Shown here piece by piece: positions 57,523 to 64,000 of a stretch of DNA of 64,000 nucleotides (positions are counted from its first letter, which is position 1; every line of letters begins with the position of its first letter). The position numbers and the translations under genes were made by a program. This stretch comes from Scenedesmus sp. PABB004 (lineage: Eukaryota): positions 744,001-808,000 of the forward strand of contig JABVCE010000015.1 in assembly GCA_014905635.1 (NCBI GenBank). The letters run 5' to 3'. Below the pieces are notes generated by a model. That model saw nothing but the letters and a program-made list of their open reading frames with translations. It searched no databases and had not been told where the DNA came from.

Positions 57523-60079
57523 TCAGGCCGCCGCCGCCTCAGGCGGCGGCGCGGTCGACAGGCGATACACGACGACGTGCCGGTACGCCTCGCCCGGCCG
57601 CAGGACCGAGCTGGGGAAGGCCGGCTGGTTCATGGCGTCCGGGAAGTTCTGCAAGGGGCACGCGGCGGCGCACAGCGCGGGTGCGTTGCACGCGGGCGCC
57701 GCTGCGCGCGGAACGGGAGCAGGGCGGGCGCCGAAGACGCAGCGCGCCGCGCGCCGCGGGTGCCGCGGGCGCCGCGCCGCGCCTGCGTCTCCAGGCAGAC
57801 GCCGGCGAAGCGCACGTACGCGGCGCCGTCCTTGGCGTCCGGCGTGGGCCCGGCGCCCAGGAAGCCGCCCGCATACAGCTGCACGCCTGCGGAGGTTGGT
57901 AGAGAGGGAGTGGGGGAGTGTCGCGAGCAGGGCGACAGGGGCGCGCGTGGGGCAGCGGCGGCCGGCGGCTGGCCGGCCACGGCGCTGCCGCCGCGCGCAG
58001 CGTGATGGGCGGCCCCCCACGCCTGCGCCGCGCGGCGCACCCGGCGCGGTCGTGAGCACCTCCAGCGTGAGCCCGCTCTCAGGCTCCACCAGCGTGGCCG
58101 CGAGGCGCGGCCTGCGCGGCGTGGCGGTGGCGCGCGAGCTTGGGCGCGCGTGCGCGGTCGCCCCGGACCGCGCCGCGCGGCGCCGCCAGCCACGCGGCGC
58201 GGCGGTGCAGCACGCGGCGCAACGGTGCAGCGCGCGGCGCGGCGGTGCAGCGTGCGGTGCGCCCCCGCACGTGCTCGCGGCGGCGTGGTCCTTGACGATG
58301 AAGCGCGCGTTGGGGCCGAGGCCAAAGAGCACAAAGTTGTGGTCGTACCCGCCCGGCACCTGCCGCACGCGGACGGCGCGGCGGCGCTCAGGCGCAGGCG
58401 CGGCGTTCGTGGGGCGCGGCGCTCGTGGGTGCAGGGCGGGCCGCGCGGGGCGGTGCGCGCAGGGCGGGGCGGGGCGCCGAGCGCTGCCCGCCGCGCGCCC
58501 GCCGCGCGCCGCGCCTGGTCGATGCGCTCGCCGAGGGCGTGGAAGGCCGTGAAGTCAAACGGAGTGCCCGCCACGGGCGCGATGGCGCCGGTCGGGATCT
58601 GCGCGCACGCGTGCGCAGACGCTCTGGGTGGGGCCAGCGGCTGCGGGCCTGCGGGGCTGCGGGGCTGCCGCCGGCCCGCGCGGCGGCGGCGGCGGCGGCG
58701 GCGCGCAGCCGCGCGCCCGGGCCCCGGCGCGGTGCGGCGGCGCGTGCGCGTGCCTGGTGGTCGCCGAGCGGCGTGTAGTGGTCGCCCGACAGGCGCAGCC
58801 GGTGGCGCAGCACGTCGCCGGAGGCGTGGCCGGCCAGGTTGAAGTAGGAGTGCTGCGCCAGGTTGACTGACGGACGGCGCGCGCGGCGGCGGCGGGGCGG
58901 CGGTGCGCGTGCAGGCGGCCGGGTGAGGGAGTAGAGCGCGGGGGACGCACGTGCAGGGGGGGGGCAGGCGGCGGCGCGGTGGGGAGCCGCGGCGCGGCCG
59001 TCACCGCACCGAGCGTGGGCCGGTCGGTCGTCGCGGCCATGGTGACCGTCAGCTCCGCCGAGCCGCCGGCGAGCGCGTAGGTGACAGAGACCGCCAGCGC
59101 GCCGGGGTAGCCCTGCCGCCGACCAGGTGCGGGGCGCGGGGCGTCGCAGCGGCGCAGGGCTGGCGGGGCACCGGCCCGCGAGGCGCCAGCGGCAGCGGCA
59201 GCGGGGGCACGCAGCACTCAACGCCGTGCGGCGCACCTCCTCGCCGTCGGCGCTGGTGTAGGTCAGCGTGACCGCGCTGCCGCCGTCGGGCGTGGCCGTC
59301 ACCGGCCCCGCGGCAAACACGCGGCGGTGGAAGCCGTCCGGTCCGCCTGGCCCGGGCGGCGGCGGGGCGGTGTCGGCGCCGGCGTCGGGCCCGCAGGGCT
59401 GGCGGCGGGTGGTGGGCTAGTCTCAAACGCTGCAAGCGCCCCGGCCGCTGCCGCTGCCGCCGCCGCCGCCGCTGCCCCTGCCCTGAACCCCACCGTGCAG
59501 CGCATTGGGGCCGTTGTTGGTCGCGAGCGCGTGCGCCGCGCCGTCGAGCGTGAAGCGGCCGCCCGCGATGCGGTTGGCCACGCGGCCGACCACCGCGCCA
59601 AAGTAGGGCGTGCCCTCAACCGTCTGCGGCGGCCAGCGGCGGGGTTCCGGCGGTCGCGGACGTCGCGGCGGCGGGCGCGTGCGGGCTCCGTCGTGTGGCC
59701 GCCGCCGCCAGCCGCCAGCCGCCACGCGCCGCTGGCCGGGGCGCCTGATGCCGGCTGTGAGGGCGCGTCGCTGCCGCCGGCCGCCGGCCGCCCCGCGCCG
59801 CCCCGCACGGCGCGCCCGCACCGCGTAGGTGGACGGGCGGTTGTGTCCGAGCACAACGTCGCGCCGCTCGCCGCCCGGCAGCGGCACGATTAGCCGCTGG
59901 ATCGCCGCGCCGACGCGCAGCACGTGCACCTCGACGCCCAGCGCGTTGGTCAGCACCAGGGGCGGGTCCGAGTCGAGGTCGCGCCGCGCCCGCCGGCGCG
60001 CGAGCAGCGCCGCCGCCGCTGCCAGCCCCGCCGCTGCCAGCCCCGCCGCGGCGATCGCCGCGCCCCGCCCCGGAGCCAT
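57523..60079 (-). CDS. GALM: Aldose 1-epimerase (galactose mutarotase)
   Basis: Motifs [97 protein letters not shown] at 60079, TGA at 57523-57525. Confidence 0.95.
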
Positions 60080-60815
60080 TCCCAGAGAGGCCGGTCGCCC
60101 CCCTGACGCGGATCGGCCCACGACACGCTGCCGCCGGCAGTGGGGTGCGGCGTGGCGCGTCTGCTGCTGCCGTGCGGCGCGGGCTGCTGCAGGGGTCGCG
60201 CGCCCGGCGTGGTGTGGCGGTTGCGGTTGGCGGCGTGGGTGTGGCACTGGGGCGGCCTGGGGCCGCCGGGCGCTGGGCGTGTCAGCCAGCCGGAGACGCC
60301 GCGGCTTGCGCTTGAGCGGCAGCGGCCGCCGCAGTGCCACGACCATGCGTGCGCGTGACGCAGGCCAGCAGCTTCAGCGTCAGCACTAGCAGCAGGAGCA
60401 GCAGGAGCAGCAGCAGGAGCAGCACTGGCAGCGGGCGGCAGCGGGCGGCGGCGGAAAGTGGCGGCCCGCAGCAGCAGCGGGCGCCGGCAGGCTGCCTCCA
60501 CCTCTCGTCAGGATTTGCGTGATTGCCTGAGCACCTTCCACACGGCGGCCGGCCCTGATCCTGTCAGCGACCCCCGGGCGCGTGCGTTGACCGCCGGAAT
60601 TGGCGCGCGCCAGAACCCGTCCAGGCCCGCCCTGGTGCTCGGCGGTCTCAGGAGTTAGACGTCTCCGTGCAGCGCTGAGGGCCGGACAACCGCGCGCTCG
60701 CTGCGCGGCCGCAGCCGGGGCAGCGCCGCTGCTGCGCGCCAGTGAACGCAGGGCGGGGAGGAGGCGCCGCGCGAGCCGCAGCACGCGCTCCAGGCGCCAC
60801 CCGGTCACCGGCTCC

Positions 60816-63800
60816 ATGGCGGGCGGCGCCGCAGCGGCCCCAGCCGCGCGCCGGCGGCGGCCTCGCCTGCTGCGGCTCTGCCTCACCGCCATAGCCGCCG
60901 CCGCCGCGGCGGCGGCGGACACGCAGCCGCAGCAGCAGGTCGCCAGCCCCGGCGGCCCGGGGCAGCAGCTGCCGGTGGGCCCGGCGGGTGCAGACGCGGT
61001 GGCGGCGGCGGCCGCGGCGGTGCGGGCGCAGCTGTCGCGCGCGCTGCTGCAGGCGCCCAGCAGCCCGCGCTTCCAGAAGCCCTACAATGTGCGCCGAGCG
61101 GCGCGGCGCCCTGCGCTGCGCTGCGCTGCGCAGCACACAGAGCACGGGCGCGCTGCCGGCCAGCCGCGCCAGCGCGCGCTGAGCTGGCCCGTGCCCGCCG
61201 CGCGTAGGTCTGCACGAGCGACTGGGCGCCGATCGTGAGCGCGCTGCGCCCCTGCCTCCCATCTGTGCACCTTTGCACGCGGTGGCGGCCGCCCCTGGCG
61301 CGTCGGGCCAGCCGCGCCGACCGCCATGCCGCGCAGGTGACGTGCTCAGGCGTCGCCGACCCCGCCGACTACAGCGGGTACCAGGTGCGACACCGCGCGC
61401 ACCGCGGCTGCAGCCCGGCGCCACCACAGCAGCCGTGCAGCAGCGGCGGCAGCTGCGAGAGCTGGCTGGCTGACGGCCCGCGACGCGGCCGCGCGCCCCC
61501 GCCGCCGCCGCCGCACGCGCCGCCAGGTCGCGCTGTGGCGCGCGATCGCGTCCGACCTGGGCTGGGCAGATACTGACTGGGCGTTCACGTGCGTCGACTG
61601 GACGCCCATGATCGACGACCTGGTCAGCCCTGACGGCCTCTGCAGCTTCGCCGCCGCGGGTGCGCGGCGCCGCCGCCGCGCCGCCGCCCGCCGCGGCTCG
61701 GCTCAGCTCCGCTCCGCTCGGCTCGACGCCCCCGTCCCCGCCGCCACCACACCGGCCGCCGCCGCACCTGCTGGCCCGCCGCTGCCGCCGCCGCGCCCAG
61801 GCGTGGAGGTGAGCGTGCCCAACATCCTGCTCGGCCTCAAGTTCAGCTGGCCCATCTACAAGTCAGGCTTTCACGTCCTCATCTCCAGCACCGTGCAGCA
61901 GGGCGGCACGTGGGCCTTCGCGGAGGCGTTCCACTGGTGCGGCGCGCCCGGCGCCGGCGCTGGCGGCGGGGCGAGCGGCGCGCACGCGGCTGGCGCGCCG
62001 CGCCCAGCCCGGCCGCCGCGGGCGGCGTGTCAGGTCGGTGTGGGTCGTGCTCGGCGCAACGGCGGTGGTGGTGTCGCTCTTCATCAGCGCCGCGGAGCTG
62101 CTAACGCACGGCACGGCGGCCAACGGGCGGGTGCGGAGCGTGCGCGCCCCGCTGCAGCACGCCGCACCGCCGCTCCGCGCGGTGCGGCCGGCCGCGCGAC
62201 GCTCACGCGCCGCCCGCCGCCCGCGCGGCCTGCCTCGCCGCGCAGGGCCTGCGCGGCTGGAGCTGGTATGCTATGGGCAAGATGGTGCAGGTGAGGGGAG
62301 CGTGTGCGTTGTCTTGTTGTGTTTTGACCGTCATTTCGACCATCAACTTGACCGCATGACCTGCCGGCAGCAGCGCCGCGCGGCGCCGACGCTGCGTGCG
62401 CCACGCCCGCCGACGCGCGCAGGTCAACACGCACGTTGGCGACCCCCAGACCTGGGCCAGCCGCCTGCTGGTGAGGGCGCGCCGGCGCACCGGCGCGGGG
62501 TAACGCTCGCGCGCGGGGCTTTGCGCCGCGGCCAAAACCCTGGCTGCACCAAACGCCCCTCGCCCCGCCACAGGTGCTGGGCTACGCCTTCCTCGCCCTC
62601 ATCATGGTCCACCTCTTCACCGGTCAGCGCGGCAGAGCAGCGCAGCACAGCACGGCGCCTGCGCCTGCGCCGCACGCAGCACGGCACGCGCTCACGGCCC
62701 GCCGCGGCCGCCGCCGCGGGCGCTGCCGCGCAGCGACGACGGCGAGCAAGCTCACGATGCAGCGCCTCGCCAACGACATCACCAGCAAGGCTGACCTGCC
62801 CGGCAAGGCGGTCGAGACCTGGGACCCGTACGTGCCGCTGCTGCGAAAGTACAGCATCGACGCGGACGGCCTGCCCTGGTGCGCGGCGGCGCCGCTCGCT
62901 GCGCAGCCATGCGCGCGCCGACGCGCGCGCCGCCCCGCGCGCTCGCCCTCGCCCGGGCGCGCGCCGCGCCACAGCACACGCCTCGGCGGCCGCGCTCCAC
63001 ATCTGCCGGCGCTCCCGCCCGTGCCCGCGGCGCCCTAAGCCCATCCGCGCCCGCCCCTCACCACCCAGGGACAGCGACGCCGACACGGCGGTCATGCTGG
63101 ATAACCTGCGCAAGCACCGCCACCAGGCGCGCGCGGGCGCGCGGGCGGGCGGGCCCCGACAGGGCGGGCGGGGTGGTTCAGCGGCGCGCGCAGGGACCAC
63201 CGGCCCCGGCCCCGCCCGGCCTGTGTGGACGTGCGAGCGCGCGGCGCGGCCGCCCACAGCCCCGCGCGGCCCCTCCCCGCCGCCGCCGCCTGCCCAGGCG
63301 CTCATCCTGGACACGCCGGTGGTGGCCTACATGGCCGCGCGGGTGGGTGCGGCGGCGCACCAGAGCAGCGCTGCAGTCGGGAGGCAGCGGTGCAGGCCGC
63401 GGCGGCGGCAGCTTGGCGGCGGTCCGCCGCGCCCGGCCGCGGCGAGCTAACCCCGCCACCGGCCGTCACGCCGCGCAGGCGCCCGGGTGCGACCTGTATG
63501 CTGTTGGTGATCCCTTCGAGGTGCGTGCACCCGCAGGCGCGTGCCGACGGGGCGCGGCGCGGTCAACGCCGGGCCCCGCGCGGTCAGACGCCGTGCGCCC
63601 GCCGTCTGCCTGCGCAGACGTTCAACCTGGCCATCGCTTTCCCGCCCGACGTGCCCAGCGCGCTGGCAGCCAACATCTCCGCCTCAATCGTGCGCCTCCA
63701 GGTGGGCAGGCGGGCGGGTGGGCGGATGTGTGGGTGTAGGGTTGGTTGGCCGTGCCGAGCGCCCTGACACACATCACATCACCGCTCCCGCTGACGTGTC

Positions 63801-64000
63801 CCTCCCCGCCCCACGCACGCGCGCGCGCGGCGGGCGCCCCGGCGCAGACCACGTCCGCGCTGCTGGACCGGCTGGAGAACGAGCACGTCAAGGCGGCGGC
63901 CGACCCGAGCGCGACGTGCGCGGCCGTCGCGACCGACGCGGGCGTGGGTCACGCGCCGCAGGCGCAGATACGAATGGACCAGGTCGCCGGCCTCTGGTGC
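60816..64000 (+). CDS. Ionotropic glutamate receptor-like channel (GLR-like 2), 3' end outside the window
   Basis: Signal peptide; PYNVCTSDWAPI; YSGYQVALWRAIA; LKFSWPIYKSGFHVLI; FHWSVWVVLGATAVVVSLFI; WSWYAMGKMVQVNTHVGDPQTWASRLLVLGYAFLALIMVHLFTATTASKLT; ALILDTPVVAY; CDLYAVGDPFETFNLAIAFP; QVAGLW at the window edge. Clear paralogue of 22986-26616. Confidence 0.88.

Noticed and set aside
1..64000. Hundreds of long overlapping Ala/Arg/Pro/Gly-rich ORFs on both strands in the supplied track
   Set aside because: Expected from stop-codon scarcity at very high GC. Real motifs appear only in exon-sized pieces bounded by splice sites.
1..64000. CRISPR arrays, tRNA/rRNA genes, transposase or reverse-transcriptase ORFs
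   Set aside because: No repeat-spacer array, cloverleaf, rRNA-like tract or transposon protein motif was recognised.

Overview
Eukaryotic nuclear DNA of very high GC content, gene-dense, with many short (about 100-200 nt) spliceosomal introns. Gene content, splice signals and TGTAA poly(A) signals point to a chlorophycean green alga; a Sphaeropleales-like lineage is my inference. The supplied six-frame ORFs are mostly GC artefacts, so I rebuilt genes by manual splicing. In order: partial LRR protein (+), GYF-domain GIGYF/EXA1-like protein (-), VAMP7-type R-SNARE (-), CtpA S41 peptidase (+), RRM/low-complexity protein (+), CCDC103 (+), secreted 5'-nucleotidase (+), glutamate-receptor-like channel 1 (-), eIF3g (-), uncharacterised 2-TM protein (+), F-box-like/LRR protein (+) between two copies of a ~700-bp duplication, two tandem giant Cys-rich secreted paralogues (+), aldose 1-epimerase (-) and a second glutamate-receptor-like channel (+, runs off the window). 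The most interesting signals are three. (i) The two giant secreted paralogues share a modular stalk but end in unrelated C-terminal domains, joined through a recurring 4-Cys connector module. (ii) GC-AG introns are unusually common in the conserved genes but absent from the two giant paralogues. (iii) Both iGluR-like channels lack the amino-terminal domain and have a non-canonical gate and a THVGDP pore loop. No tRNA, rRNA, CRISPR array or recognisable transposon was found.
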